From contig JAHCRG010000017.1 of the NCBI GenBank assembly GCA_020148045.1, positions 21,229 to 85,228 on the forward strand: a stretch of DNA of 64,000 bases, in the 5' to 3' direction. Shown piece after piece: positions 8,167 through 16,671 of this stretch. The stretch comes from Patescibacteria group bacterium (GTDB lineage Bacteria > Patescibacteriota > Minisyncoccia > Minisyncoccales > GWA2-38-27). A model generated the notes under the pieces. It made no database searches and had not been told where the DNA came from. It saw only the letters and a program-made list of their open reading frames with translations. Position 1 is the stretch's first letter. Each line of letters begins with the position of its first letter. A program made the position numbers and the translations under genes.

Positions 8167-9417
8167 TTATTTTGATTTTTTAGTCGACCTTGTGGTTGTA
8201 GTTTCTGGTTTTTTAGTTTCTTTCTTTTTTGCTACTTTCTTCTTATTTTTTTCCTCTTTCTTCTCTTTCTCTTCTTTCTCTTCCTCTCCAGCTTCCCCTG
8301 CAGCTCTAACATCTATCTTCCAACCAGTAAGTTTAGCAGCCAATCTCACGTTTTGACCATCTTTGCCAATAGCTAAAGATAATTGGTCCTCAGGAACAAG
8401 ACAAAGGGCTTTGTTTTTTGGCATAATTTTTACTTCCAAAACCTTAGCTGGAGAAAGAGCATTAGCAATAAATTTTTCTGGGTCATCAGAATATTCAATA
8501 ATATCAATTTTTTCTCCTCCTAACTCATTAATCACAGCTATAACCCTTGACCCTCTTTGTCCAACAGCACTCCCTATTGGATCTACTCCCTCTTCTTTTG
8601 ATTCTACTGCAATTTTTGAACGGGAGCCTGGCTCCCGGGCAATTGATTTAATTACTACTTGGCCCTGAGAAATCTCCGGAACTTCCAACTCAAAAAGTTT
8701 TGAGATTAATTTTGGATAAGCTCGGGATAAAAACACAGCGGGCCCCTTTGGAGTTTCCTCAACTTTTAAAATATAAACTTTTAATCTTTGGCCAGGTTTA
8801 TAAAATTCTCCAAAGACCTGTTCTTCCCTTGGCAGAACCCCTAAGGTCTTGCCAATGTCAATAAGAACATTCCTCCCCTCCATTCTTTGGACAATCCCTG
8901 AAACTATTTCTCCTTCTTTTGATTTATATTCTTCAAAAATTGTTTCCCTTTCTGCTTCTCTAATTTTCTGCAAAATCACCTGTTTTGCTGTCTGGGCAGC
9001 TATCCGACCATAATCCTCTCGGGTTTTTAAAGGTATCTCTAATTCTTCTCCAGCTTTAACCCCTTTCTTTTTTTTCTTTGCCTCTTTTAGCATAATATGC
9101 TTTTCCGGGTTAAAACGAATCTTTTCTTCCTTTTTCTTTTCCTTGCCCGCCGTAGCCTTGGCGGAGGCGGATTTTAACTTCTCTAATTCTTCTTCAGAGT
9201 AAATCATCTCTTCTGAGACAACTAATTTTATCTGCCAAAATTTAACTCCCCCGGTCTCTGGATTTAGTTTAGCTCTAATTAACTGACCTCTTTCGCCATA
9301 ATCTTTTTTATAGGCAGCAGCAATAGCCGTTTCAATACTCTCAATTACCTTTTCTAAAGGGATTCCTTTTTCTTCGGCGATTTGAGAAATCGCTGATGTA
9401 AAATTTTTTATATCCAT
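8167..9417 (-). CDS. nusA: Transcription termination/antitermination factor NusA, with a K/E-rich insertion and tail
   Basis: 416 aa with a NusA N-domain, an S1 domain (GEIVSGIVQR), and KH1/KH2 (IGSAVGQRGSRV and AIGKDGQNVRLAAKLTGWKIDV). Confidence 0.9.
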   Translation of the reverse strand: MDIKNFTSAISQIAEEKGIPLEKVIESIETAIAAAYKKDYGERGQLIRAKLNPETGGVKFWQIKLVVSEEMIYSEEELEKLKSASAKATAGKEKKKEEKIRFNPEKHIMLKEAKKKKKGVKAGEELEIPLKTREDYGRIAAQTAKQVILQKIREAERETIFEEYKSKEGEIVSGIVQRMEGRNVLIDIGKTLGVLPREEQVFGEFYKPGQRLKVYILKVEETPKGPAVFLSRAYPKLISKLFELEVPEISQGQVVIKSIAREPGSRSKIAVESKEEGVDPIGSAVGQRGSRVIAVINELGGEKIDIIEYSDDPEKFIANALSPAKVLEVKIMPKNKALCLVPEDQLSLAIGKDGQNVRLAAKLTGWKIDVRAAGEAGEEEKEEKEKKEEKNKKKVAKKKETKKPETTTTRSTKKSK

Positions 9418-9420
9418 ATT

Positions 9421-9448
9421 AATAAAATTGTCCGTTTTCCAACGGACA
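9421..9448 (-). terminator. Hairpin plus U-tract ending 4 nt before the nusA start codon
   Basis: The reverse strand reads TGTCCGTT-GGAA-AACGGACA followed by ATTTTATT, then AAT and the nusA ATG. It lies downstream of the RR gene. Confidence 0.5.
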
Positions 9449-9514
9449 GAAATATCATTTTCATTCCTACAATCTTATCCTATCAAAGCAAAATGCTCTT
9501 GTCAACCCTAGGGG

Positions 9515-9904
9515 TTACTTCTTAAATTCCTTTTTAATCAGTTCAACTAATTCTCTGGGGGTGTAATCGGTTTTAAGAAGATATTTTTCCGCCTTGAAAA
9601 AAAGTCCTTTCTCCTCTAATTCTTTATTTGTATAATTAGTCAAAATGAACACTAACATATCTTTTGTTTTTTTCTGTTTTCTAATTTCTTCTAAAACCTC
9701 AATGCCATTTATATCTGGAAGAGCAAGGTCAAGCAAAACTAAATCCGGCTTCTTGGCTTTTCCTTGCTCTATTTCTTTTATTTTCCTAATAGCTTCCTCT
9801 CCCAAAAGCATTGGGTCTACATCAAAACCAGCTTTCTCCAAAGCTGTCTTATAAACATCAATGGTCGGCAAATCATCTTCAATGAACAAAATTGTCTTTT
9901 TCAT
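9515..9904 (-). CDS. Receiver-only response regulator
   Basis: 129 aa with TILFIEDD, DLVLLDLALPD and VFILTN. Confidence 0.85.
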   Translation of the reverse strand: MKKTILFIEDDLPTIDVYKTALEKAGFDVDPMLLGEEAIRKIKEIEQGKAKKPDLVLLDLALPDINGIEVLEEIRKQKKTKDMLVFILTNYTNKELEEKGLFFKAEKYLLKTDYTPRELVELIKKEFKK

Positions 9905-9971
9905 ACAAGTTTATTATAGCAAATTCTTAACTATTAATAAAAACAAAAAAATGTCAATTTCTATGTTGTAG

Positions 9972-10006
9972 TTAAAACAGCCCGTGGCTATTTACACTAC
10001 GGGCTG
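9972..10006 (-). terminator. Putative terminator hairpin
   Basis: An 8-bp stem CAGCCCGT/ACGGGCTG with a 13-nt loop, followed by TTTTAA on the reverse strand. It lies about 225 nt downstream of the racemase gene. Confidence 0.4.
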
Positions 10007-10232
10007 CTTTATCTCAGTTATTAACAGCTTCTACGAGTTCTTTAACTTTCTTTTTATCAATTCTTTGTTTCCAGGTTTTCACATTAATTTCTCTACAATC
10101 ATCATTCCCCGCCTTTTAAGATGTGTTAACTATTGCCCCATTTACATAATCAAAGCATCTGCCCCAGATTTTATTGCCCCTAACGCAGATTCCGTTAATG
10201 GCCTTTTATTTAAAATTTCAGATCGTAATAAA

Positions 10233-10928
10233 TTATTTACCAGTTAATTCTCGCATTGAAGCCCCTATAAGAACTGCTGTTGTATCTATAATAGGCATAG
10301 AAATATGAATATTGGATATTATAATTTGAAGATCAGTACATGCAAACAAGATAGCTTTTGCGCCATTTTTACATAAAGAGGAACAAATTAATTTAATTTT
10401 TTCCTCTTGAAGTTTATTTCTTTTTCCATTAATTAATTCTACTATAATTTTATTCAGACTGTCTTGTTCTGTTTTTGTCGGATACAAAAAACTTATTCCA
10501 TGTTTTTCTAAAACATCATTATATATCTTATCTTTAACAGTAGTTTCTGTAGCTAAAATCCCGACGGCATCTACTTTCATTAATTTTAGTTGCAATGCCG
10601 TTTCATCGAGTATACTTAAAAATGGTATTTTTACAGCTTCGCGAATTTCTTTTATATATTTATGCAATGTATTACATGGTAGTATACCAAAATCAGCTCC
10701 CGCTCTTTCTAATACTTTTGCCCCTTTAATCAAATATGGAAGCATCTTGTGTGAATTTATGCCCTTGATAATTGCTTCATCCTCAATGACAAAAGGAAAC
10801 GGTAAATTGTATATTACAATTGATGGATACTTATCTTTTTTATTTTTTTTAAATAAATCAATAATTGAAAGATATATTCTTGAAGTTGTTCGTGGGCCTA
10901 CCCCGCCTAGGATTCCTAATGTTTTCAT
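10233..10928 (-). CDS. Aspartate/glutamate racemase family protein
   Basis: 231 aa with GILGGVGPRTT, ILPCNTLH and LFACTDL, the two-cysteine racemase pattern. Confidence 0.8.
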   Translation of the reverse strand: MKTLGILGGVGPRTTSRIYLSIIDLFKKNKKDKYPSIVIYNLPFPFVIEDEAIIKGINSHKMLPYLIKGAKVLERAGADFGILPCNTLHKYIKEIREAVKIPFLSILDETALQLKLMKVDAVGILATETTVKDKIYNDVLEKHGISFLYPTKTEQDSLNKIIVELINGKRNKLQEEKIKLICSSLCKNGAKAILFACTDLQIIISNIHISMPIIDTTAVLIGASMRELTGK

Positions 10929-11011
10929 GTTTCTTTATTATTAGTTAAATTTACTATTAATAATAAAAAATATTTTAAAAAAAAGCAAGTTAATCCTTAT
11001 TTACTCATCAG

Positions 11012-11055
11012 AATAAAAATACCCGGACCCTCATTTTTAACATGAGGTTCCGGGT
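11012..11055 (-). terminator. Intrinsic terminator whose stem includes the last codons and stop of the T-box-controlled ORF
   Basis: The reverse strand reads ACCCGGAACCTCAT-GTTAAAA-ATGAGGGTCCGGGT (14 bp, one mismatch) followed by ATTTTTATT. Confidence 0.65.
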
Positions 11056-11909
11056 AAAATTTCTAAGCGTTTTTTTATCCCAAGAAAAGACATTAACGCC
11101 TCAAAATCTTTATACGCACGCTTGTGGTTTCTGCTTTTTTTCCTAAGTTCGTAGTAACTATTGTGACACCAATCATATCCACGATTCCTTAAATCTACAA
11201 ACATAGGTTCTCCTTCAAGAGGAATATAGCAAGGAGTATTGCATATCGTCATATATCGATCAGTCGGATTATTTGTTGTACATAATTCTGGCCTCCGCTT
11301 TCGAAGAAATTCCCGGATCACTGTAAATCGTTCCTCCGGTTTACTCATTAGATTTACAAACTGAAAACCCTCGGCAGAATACGATTTTTTCCAAATCAAC
11401 GGATGATACATGTCTAACCAAGAAAAAGGATGGGCTGCCATATACAAAGTGGCGTTATTAGCACCCAATTCGCCCCCGTGCCTCCTTCCAGATTTTTTGA
11501 TTCTTTGAACCATATCAGCTACTTTCTCATCAGTAGAAGATTCTAGTTCAGCCCCAAGCGCGCTCAAAAGCTCTAGCGCACCACTACAAACCTGCTCAGC
11601 TCCATCGAAAAAGAAATTAATGTTACTGCCATCTAAAAACTCGGTAATTACATCTCGAAACTGTGATTGCTTCGTTTGCCACCCATTACAATAATAGGCG
11701 ATAGGCGTTGGATCAATTATTCTTACGATTGACTCAAAGCCTTTTAACCTAAGTTGTCTTGATAACTCTATTGCAGGAATCAATCCAGCACAAAACCTAG
11801 CTGGCATCCCTACCGGATGCTCATAGACAACAATGCTAATTTGTATAACATTTCTTGGCCGAAAAACAAGACCTTCTTTAATCCAAGACGAATTAATTGT
11901 GGTGTTCAT
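11037..11909 (-). CDS. Hypothetical protein, T-box-controlled (function unknown; Cys-rich C-terminus)
   Basis: The ORF track starts at a TTG at 11915. I prefer the ATG at 11909, which follows AAAGGAG with a 7-nt spacing. The gene is visibly GC-richer than its neighbours. I recognise no confident family. Confidence 0.6.
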   Translation of the reverse strand: MNTTINSSWIKEGLVFRPRNVIQISIVVYEHPVGMPARFCAGLIPAIELSRQLRLKGFESIVRIIDPTPIAYYCNGWQTKQSQFRDVITEFLDGSNINFFFDGAEQVCSGALELLSALGAELESSTDEKVADMVQRIKKSGRRHGGELGANNATLYMAAHPFSWLDMYHPLIWKKSYSAEGFQFVNLMSKPEERFTVIREFLRKRRPELCTTNNPTDRYMTICNTPCYIPLEGEPMFVDLRNRGYDWCHNSYYELRKKSRNHKRAYKDFEALMSFLGIKKRLEILPGTSC

Positions 11910-11975
11910 GCTCAATCTCCTTTCTATTTTCAGGTTTTTAACGTACTTTCCTAAAGAACTATTTTAAGAAGAATT

Positions 11976-12033
11976 AAAAAAACTTCTCATCTCTGGTATC
12001 TACTTAATAAAGTAAATAACAGGGACGAGAAGT
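11976..12033 (-). terminator. T-box expression-platform terminator
   Basis: ACTTCTCGTCCCTG (12033-12020) pairs with CAGAGATGAGAAGT (11995-11982) over 14 bp, with one wobble and one mismatch, and is followed by T7. The 5' arm can alternatively pair with the T-box CAGGG as an antiterminator. Confidence 0.7.
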
Positions 12034-12234
12034 GTTTCCCGCGGTGCCACCCTGATTCCCCCGCTTTGGGCGGGGGCACTTTCACTGACTCTCCCCGCTA
12101 AGCGGGGTTTATCAGTTATCCTCTGGTTACGGAGGAAGCCGGGCTTCCACTAATGCAGAAGCCACCTCCTCGGGCCCATTTACCCGATTCATCGGTTTTA
12201 GTAATTTTCAAAGATATTTCAATTATGTAAACTG
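11976..12234 (-). promoter_or_regulatory. T-box leader (tRNA-sensing riboswitch) with terminator/antiterminator
   Basis: The reverse strand carries the exact T-box core AGGGTGGCACCGCG (12053-12040). A Stem III hairpin CCCCCGC-CCAAA-GCGGGGG (12076-12058) lies immediately upstream. Further upstream is the hairpin CCCCGC-TTA-GCGGGG (12107-12093). A Stem I-like region (12195-12111) has a distal loop TTAGTGGAAG. A terminator follows (next entry). Confidence 0.85.
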
Positions 12235-12240
12235 TTTTCC

Positions 12241-12268
12241 ATAATAGCAAACCAAGAAACCTTGTCAA
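12241..12268 (-). promoter_or_regulatory. Sigma70-type promoter of the T-box unit (TTGACA-16-TATTAT)
   Basis: The -35 box is at 12268-12263 and the -10 box at 12246-12241 on the reverse strand, just after the upstream HK stop codon. Confidence 0.6.
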
Positions 12269-12277
12269 GAGCATTTG

Positions 12278-13411
12278 TTATTTCACCGGCAGCTCAATAT
12301 AAAAGGTGCTTCCTTTGTCCTTTCCCTCTGACTCTGCCCAAATTTTACCATTGTGAGCTTTGATGATATGGCCAGTAATAAAGAGGCCTATTCCTCTGCC
12401 CGTTCCATAAACTTTCTTTGCTTCCTTGCTTCTTTCAAAAGTTTTAGTGAAGAGAGTTTTTAATTCTTCTTTTGGAATACCCATTCCTGTATCTTTAACT
12501 GTTATTTGTAATTTGTTATCTGACGGTTGACATCTTACAATTACTCCTCCCTTAGGAGTATATTTTATTCCATTATCAACAATGTTAAATAAAGCTATCC
12601 TCAGTTTTTCAGGGTCGGCTTTAATTCTTGGTATCTTCCCTGGTTTTTGAAGCTTGAGATAAATACCTCTGGCTTTAGCTTCAAACTGAAGCTCTTCTAT
12701 TATTTCTTTAAAGATAGGCCTTATATCTATATTAGGTTTAAGAGAAACTACTTCTTTGCCTAATTGAAATTGAGTGATATCTAAAAATTCATTAACTATT
12801 TTAATTAATCTGCGAGTTGAGACCTGGAATTTTAAAAGAGCATCTTTGATTTTTGGAGAAACTTTTCCATAAGTACCTCCGAAAATCAAGTCAAGATACC
12901 CTATCATTGAGGTTAGGGGAGTCCTTAAATGATGCTGAGTAGCCATAATAAACTGATTTTTCGCTTCATCTAATCTTTTAAGTTCTTGATGAGCCTTTTT
13001 TTCTACCTCGTAAGCTTTTCTGATTTCTTGAGTTTGCTCATCTACTTTTTGCTGGAGATTTTCAGTCAATTCTTCTAAGGCCTCGTTAGCTTTTCTTTGG
13101 GTAAAATTAGCTTTGATAATTTTGTCCGTGCTCTTGTTAAAAAAGTAACCATAAACAATGACTAAGGTAAAAACAGAGATAATTACTAATTTTGAAATCT
13201 TCCCTTCAATTAAAAAAGAAAGGGTAAGAAAAAAAATTATTAAAATCGAGCTGATTATTTGATAATGCAAAAACAAGCAATTGCGGAATTTCAATTCGCA
13301 ATGCTGACAACGTTTATAAGGAGTATGATTAAGGGTTTTGACTAACCAGCAATTTTCGTTAAGATATCCGGGTTTTCCTATTTCCATTTTTTTCTCTTTG
13401 AAATTTTTCAC
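12278..13411 (-). CDS. Membrane sensor histidine kinase
   Basis: 377 aa. The track start at 13411 is a GTG, and an ATG alternative lies at 13387. It has TM helices, a coiled coil, H-box ATQHHLRTPLT, N box IVDNGIKYT, and DTGMGIP and GRGIGL. Confidence 0.85.
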   Translation of the reverse strand: MKNFKEKKMEIGKPGYLNENCWLVKTLNHTPYKRCQHCELKFRNCLFLHYQIISSILIIFFLTLSFLIEGKISKLVIISVFTLVIVYGYFFNKSTDKIIKANFTQRKANEALEELTENLQQKVDEQTQEIRKAYEVEKKAHQELKRLDEAKNQFIMATQHHLRTPLTSMIGYLDLIFGGTYGKVSPKIKDALLKFQVSTRRLIKIVNEFLDITQFQLGKEVVSLKPNIDIRPIFKEIIEELQFEAKARGIYLKLQKPGKIPRIKADPEKLRIALFNIVDNGIKYTPKGGVIVRCQPSDNKLQITVKDTGMGIPKEELKTLFTKTFERSKEAKKVYGTGRGIGLFITGHIIKAHNGKIWAESEGKDKGSTFYIELPVK

Positions 13412-13427
13412 TTTTTTCCATTATTTC

Positions 13428-13853
13428 TTATCTCTTAAAAATCTTTTTAAGAAAAACATACATTAAAGTAGCCACACAAAAACCAACAAAACAAGCCAAA
13501 AATATCAAAAAAGCCATTATCAAAATAAAAATCCAGACAAAATCAACAAATTTTCCAAAATAGAGAAATAAAAAACCAATAAAGAGAAGGACTGCTGTCA
13601 TGCCAGAGACAAAATTTAATTCTCCTGATTCTTTCTGAATTGGTTCCGATCTTTCTTTTAGCAACTTTCTTAAAACCAAAGCGTGAAATTGATAAAGAAT
13701 ATCAATTTTTACAGAAAAAATCCTCAACCCCACCAAAATGCTCGCTGCCAAAACCAACCAATGATTATGAATCAAAAAAGCAATTAAGGTTAAAATTCCA
13801 GCAATAGCCCTGGAAAATTTCAAAGAATTATCATAAATTAGGCATTGTTTCAT
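13428..13853 (-). CDS. Hypothetical 4-TM membrane protein (possibly DUF4395-like)
   Basis: 141 aa with hydrophobic helices throughout. The family assignment is only an impression. Confidence 0.45.
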   Translation of the reverse strand: MKQCLIYDNSLKFSRAIAGILTLIAFLIHNHWLVLAASILVGLRIFSVKIDILYQFHALVLRKLLKERSEPIQKESGELNFVSGMTAVLLFIGFLFLYFGKFVDFVWIFILIMAFLIFLACFVGFCVATLMYVFLKKIFKR

Positions 13854-13916
13854 ATAATAGTCATTAATATTAATTAACTTTTAAATTTTCGACCTTGAAT
13901 ACACTATGTTCATCTT

Positions 13917-14822
13917 TTAGCTATATAAATTTCCACTCAAATACTTCAGACCGCTATCAGGGAAAATGGCACAGATTCTCTTTCCTTTTTTGAGTTCTTT
14001 TGCTTTCTTTAAGGCAACATACCCTGTAGCTGCTGAGCTTTGACCAACTAACAATCCTTCTTTTCTTGCTAATTCTCTGGCTATTTTTTTCACTTTTTCC
14101 ATTTCTTCTCTCTTTATTTCAAAGATCTCGTCAAAAAATTTTCTTTTGAAAATTTTGAATTTTTCTATTTCAGCTAAGGGGAGGAAACCAGCTATTGAAA
14201 CTCCCTCTTTTGGAACCACCCCCACAATTTTCACACCTGGTTTTTCTTTTTTCATTCTCATTGCCACTCCCATTCCAGTTCCAGCTGTCCCCAGACTTAA
14301 AACGACCATATCTAAATTTCCCTTCGTTTGAATTAAAATTTCTTTGGCGATGGTTTGATAGTGAGCCATTGGGTTCTCTTTATTGTTGAATTGATCAAAA
14401 CAAACAAATTTTTGAGGCTCTCTTTTTAAAATCTTATCTCTTAACTTTATTGCCCCCATTTCACCTTCTTTGGCTGGAGTCAAAATCAATTCGGCGCCAA
14501 AAGCTTGAATAATCTTTCTTCTCTCTTTGTTTCCTAATTCTGACATTAAAATTTTTACTTTGTAACCGTTAATAGCGCCCAACATTGCCAAAGCTATTCC
14601 TGTATTGCCGGAAGTAGCTTCCAAAATTGTTTTTCCTTTTATTTTTGCTTTTTTCTCTGCGTTTTTTAACATAAAAAAAACCATCCTATCTTTTATCGAA
14701 CCACCGATATTGAACCATTCGAGCTTGGCTAAAATTTCAGCATCTTTTTTGCCGACCAATTTGTTAATTTTGACCATTGGCGTTTGACCGATCAACTCCG
14801 TGATGTTTTTTGCTACTTTCAT
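13917..14822 (-). CDS. cysK: Cysteine synthase / O-acetylserine sulfhydrylase family (PLP)
   Basis: 301 aa with the PLP lysine context GGSIKDR, SGNTGIALA and GTAGTGMGV. Confidence 0.85.
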   Translation of the reverse strand: MKVAKNITELIGQTPMVKINKLVGKKDAEILAKLEWFNIGGSIKDRMVFFMLKNAEKKAKIKGKTILEATSGNTGIALAMLGAINGYKVKILMSELGNKERRKIIQAFGAELILTPAKEGEMGAIKLRDKILKREPQKFVCFDQFNNKENPMAHYQTIAKEILIQTKGNLDMVVLSLGTAGTGMGVAMRMKKEKPGVKIVGVVPKEGVSIAGFLPLAEIEKFKIFKRKFFDEIFEIKREEMEKVKKIARELARKEGLLVGQSSAATGYVALKKAKELKKGKRICAIFPDSGLKYLSGNLYS

Positions 14823-14855
14823 TGCTTTTCAAATTTAAGAAATTTTTTTATTTTA

Positions 14856-15290
14856 TTACTTGTTACTCGTGTTCATCCTTGTTCCATACAAAGCGGGATC
14901 TGATTTCATTCGATTTACCAATTTCCAAAGACTATTGGCGCGGACAGGAGAAAAATTTTCCCTCAACCCTATTTTATCAATAAAATACAGATCAGCATTT
15001 TTAATGTCTTCTGGTTTTTGGCCAGACAGGACTCTTATTAACAAAGCAATAATCCCTCTTATTATAACAGATCTGCTATCAATATCATAAAAGACTTTCC
15101 CGTCTTTAAATGCGGAATGAAACCATGTCTTTACTTGGCAGCCCTTGATAATATTATCTTCTGTTCTATATTTTGAATCAATTGGGGGTAAATCTTTTCC
15201 TAATTTAATTAGATAATTATATTTATCCATCCAGTTGTCAAAAATTTTGAATTCGTTAATAATTTCTTTCTGTATCTCTTGTATAGTCAT
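14856..15290 (-). CDS. sufE: SufE-family cysteine desulfuration protein
   Basis: 144 aa with the SufE-type motif IIKGCQVKTW, adjacent to sufS. Confidence 0.8.
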   Translation of the reverse strand: MTIQEIQKEIINEFKIFDNWMDKYNYLIKLGKDLPPIDSKYRTEDNIIKGCQVKTWFHSAFKDGKVFYDIDSRSVIIRGIIALLIRVLSGQKPEDIKNADLYFIDKIGLRENFSPVRANSLWKLVNRMKSDPALYGTRMNTSNK

Positions 15291-15291
15291 T

Positions 15292-16542
15292 TTACTTGAA
15301 CATTTTTTGAATTTTCTTCAGCGCTTCATATAGAGAATCTATTTCCTCTAGGGTATTATAAAAAGCCAAGGATGCTCTAATACTACCTTCAACTTTATAA
15401 TGTTCCCAAAGAGGCTGCGTGCAATGGTGGCCAGTGCGCACCGCAATACTCATTTTATCTAAAAACATTCCGACATCATACGAATGAATGTTGTTTAATA
15501 AAAAAGAAAAAATACAAGTTTTGTTTTCCGCCGTGCCGTATAATTTCAGTCCATTTAAGGCCGTGAGCTTAGCCGTTCCATAATCCAACAACTTTTTTTC
15601 ATAATTTTTTATATTATCTAATCCTATGCCTGTCAGATAATCCAATGCCGCACCCAATCCAATGGCGCCAATGTAATTAGGGGTGCCGGCTTCAAATTTA
15701 AAAGGTAACTCATCGTAAATGGTGTGCTTAAACGTCACACGATCAATCATCTCTCCTCCGCTCTGATATGGAGGCATTTCCTGCAACCAGTGCTCTTTTC
15801 CATATAAAACCCCTATTCCTGTAGGCCCATATACTTTATGCCCTGAAAAAGCATAGAAGTCGCAATCTATATCCTGAACATCAACATTCTGGTGTTGAAT
15901 TGCCTGGGCTCCATCTATTAGGACAGGAATGTTATTTTTATGAGCAATGGCTACAATTTCTTTGACAGGATTAATGGTACCAAGGGAATTTGAAACGTGA
16001 GTAACAGCCACCAGCTTTGTTCTGTAATTGATTAATTTTTTATATTCATCCAATAATAATTCACCTTTATCATTGAAAGGAATTACTCTTAGCTTAGCGC
16101 CTTTTCGGATACACATTACCTGCCAAGGAACAATATTGCTATGATGCTCCATTTCAGACACAATAATCTCATCGTTCTCTTTTATGTACGCCTCTCCAAA
16201 AGAAAAGGCCACCGCGTTGATGGAAGCCGTAGCCCCACTGGTAAAAATTATTTCACGGGCAGATCGGGCATTCAAATAATCTTGAACCTTTTTCCTGGCC
16301 GATTCATGCATTTTAGTCATTTGGTCGCTTAGATAATGAACCCCCCTGTGAACATTGCTATTATGCTTGGAGTGCAATTTGTTTATGGTATCTATAACAA
16401 CTTTGGGTTTCTGGGTGGTTGCTGCATTATCGAAATAAATAAGGGGCTTCCCATAAATTTTCTGGTTAAGCACAGGGAAATCATTCCTTATCTTTGTTAT
16501 ATTAAAAGTAGATATTTTATGAGTATTTTTTGTTTTGTGCAT
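15292..16542 (-). CDS. sufS: Cysteine desulfurase, SufS type (class V aminotransferase)
   Basis: 416 aa with YFDNAATTQKP, FSGHKVYGPTGIGVLYG (PLP lysine) and RTGHHCTQP (active-site Cys). Confidence 0.9.
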   Translation of the reverse strand: MHKTKNTHKISTFNITKIRNDFPVLNQKIYGKPLIYFDNAATTQKPKVVIDTINKLHSKHNSNVHRGVHYLSDQMTKMHESARKKVQDYLNARSAREIIFTSGATASINAVAFSFGEAYIKENDEIIVSEMEHHSNIVPWQVMCIRKGAKLRVIPFNDKGELLLDEYKKLINYRTKLVAVTHVSNSLGTINPVKEIVAIAHKNNIPVLIDGAQAIQHQNVDVQDIDCDFYAFSGHKVYGPTGIGVLYGKEHWLQEMPPYQSGGEMIDRVTFKHTIYDELPFKFEAGTPNYIGAIGLGAALDYLTGIGLDNIKNYEKKLLDYGTAKLTALNGLKLYGTAENKTCIFSFLLNNIHSYDVGMFLDKMSIAVRTGHHCTQPLWEHYKVEGSIRASLAFYNTLEEIDSLYEALKKIQKMFK

Positions 16543-16671
16543 TTTATAATTTTAGCCGTTCTCAGCAACTAATTTAATTTTACCACTTTATTCCCCAAAA
16601 CAAAAGCAGCCACCAAACCGATAACTGCTTTCATTTTATTCCAGGCCGAGTTCTTGGTTTGCTTTTTCGCG

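Noticed and set aside
10007-10232. Possible decayed small gene between the racemase gene and the hairpin at 9978-10006. Reverse-strand fragments read ...AINGICVRGNKIWGRCFDYVNGAIVNTS* and ...GNDDCREINVKTWKQRIDKKKVKELVEAVNN*.
   Set aside because: It has no start codon and stops in every frame, and I can name no recognisable family. It cannot be supported as a pseudogene without a homology search.
14856-16542. sufE-sufS considered as a horizontally acquired pair.
   Set aside because: By eye their composition and lack of SD are not clearly different from the backbone. There is no boundary feature, so nothing can be claimed without statistics.
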